A DNA stretch of 64,000 nucleotides from Azolla caroliniana (Eukaryota > Plantae > Polypodiophyta). A program made the translations under genes and the position numbers. Within the stretch, counting starts at the first letter, position 1, and each line of letters begins with the position of its first letter. The notes below the pieces were generated by a model. It had not been told where the DNA came from and ran no database searches. It saw only the letters and a program-made list of their open reading frames with translations. This document shows positions 63,308 to 64,000 of the stretch, in pieces. The stretch spans positions 7,998,001 to 8,062,000 of the forward strand of contig JBHGNT010000020.1 of assembly GCA_043228905.1 (NCBI GenBank). Direction: 5' to 3'.

Positions 63308-64000
63308 TTATTTTCTTCAGATCGAGGTGATCCGAACCCCTGATGGAATATTGCTCTCACAAAGACACTAGGTGCCGAATATGTTGTACAAGTTTGGCAT
63401 GAAGGAATGTCGACCGATCTCCACACCCCTGGATCGGAACCTAAAGCTACATCCCGACTCCGGACCGGCCTGCGATGAGAAATGGTTCTGATAGATAGTC
63501 AGAAGCCTGCTATACTTGACAATCACCCAACCGGACATCAGTTATCCGGTCGGTGTGATCAGCCAATTCATGCAGAAGCCAACCGTGGAGCACCTTCAGT
63601 GCATGCATCGAATATTGCGGTATGTGAGCGGTACAAAGGACCGGGAACTGTTATATCGGCATGGTATAACTGAAGAGCTAGTCGGATACACAAATGCCGA
63701 CTGGGCTAGTGATGCATCGGATCGTCGATCCACCTCCGGGTACATGTTTTCTCTTGGTAGCGCAGTTGTTGCATGGAGCAACAAAAAGCAGCTAACAGTG
63801 GCTCTGTCGAGCACTGAGGTTGAGTATTGGGGCGCTACCATTGCCACCTGCGAAGCCATCTGGCTTCGGAGACTGTTGCGTGACCTCCAGATCGAGGTGC
63901 CGACCCCAATCCCGATCCACAGTGACAACATGAGCAGCATACATCTCACCAAGAACCTAGTGTTCCATGCTCGAACAAAGCACATAGAAGTGCATTATCA

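Larger units (their letters stand above)
53222..64000 (+). mobile_element. Ty1/copia element (sister of 42230-47702) carrying four nested insertions; continues beyond the window
   Basis: 5' LTR 53222-54779, PBS 54780-54791, gag 54873-56752 (CWYCGKQGHRESEC), resumes 61524, RT 61895-62873 and 63308-64000; integrase deleted at ~61735. Confidence 0.9.

Overview
Eukaryotic plant genomic DNA (TE content and gene style suggest a large-genome seedless plant such as a fern; this is inference). One intact host gene lies on the minus strand (27361->16731). I reconstructed it by hand as 18 exons and 728 aa, a plastid-type long-chain acyl-ACP ligase / acyl-activating enzyme (AAE15/AAE16 family). It has one GC-AG intron and a triplicated 3' splice site. 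Most of the rest is retroelements: a decayed near-full-length L1 LINE (9360-~15590), a microsatellite-tailed non-LTR 3' fragment (~29.4-29.8 kb), several Ty1/copia elements (three complete with paired LTRs and TSDs; one with an uninterrupted ORF running off the left edge), Ty3/gypsy relics of two lineages and several solo LTRs, deeply nested from 37 kb to 64 kb. No prokaryotic system, CRISPR array, rRNA or intact tRNA gene is seen. The most unusual signals are antisense tRNA-like (Pol III A/B-box) relics near the U3 end of two unrelated gypsy LTRs, a ~245-aa open copia RNase H extension between two PPT-like tracts, a PEG10-type -1 frameshift site, and duplicated decoy splice acceptors in the host gene. 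All coordinates and alignments were read by eye.
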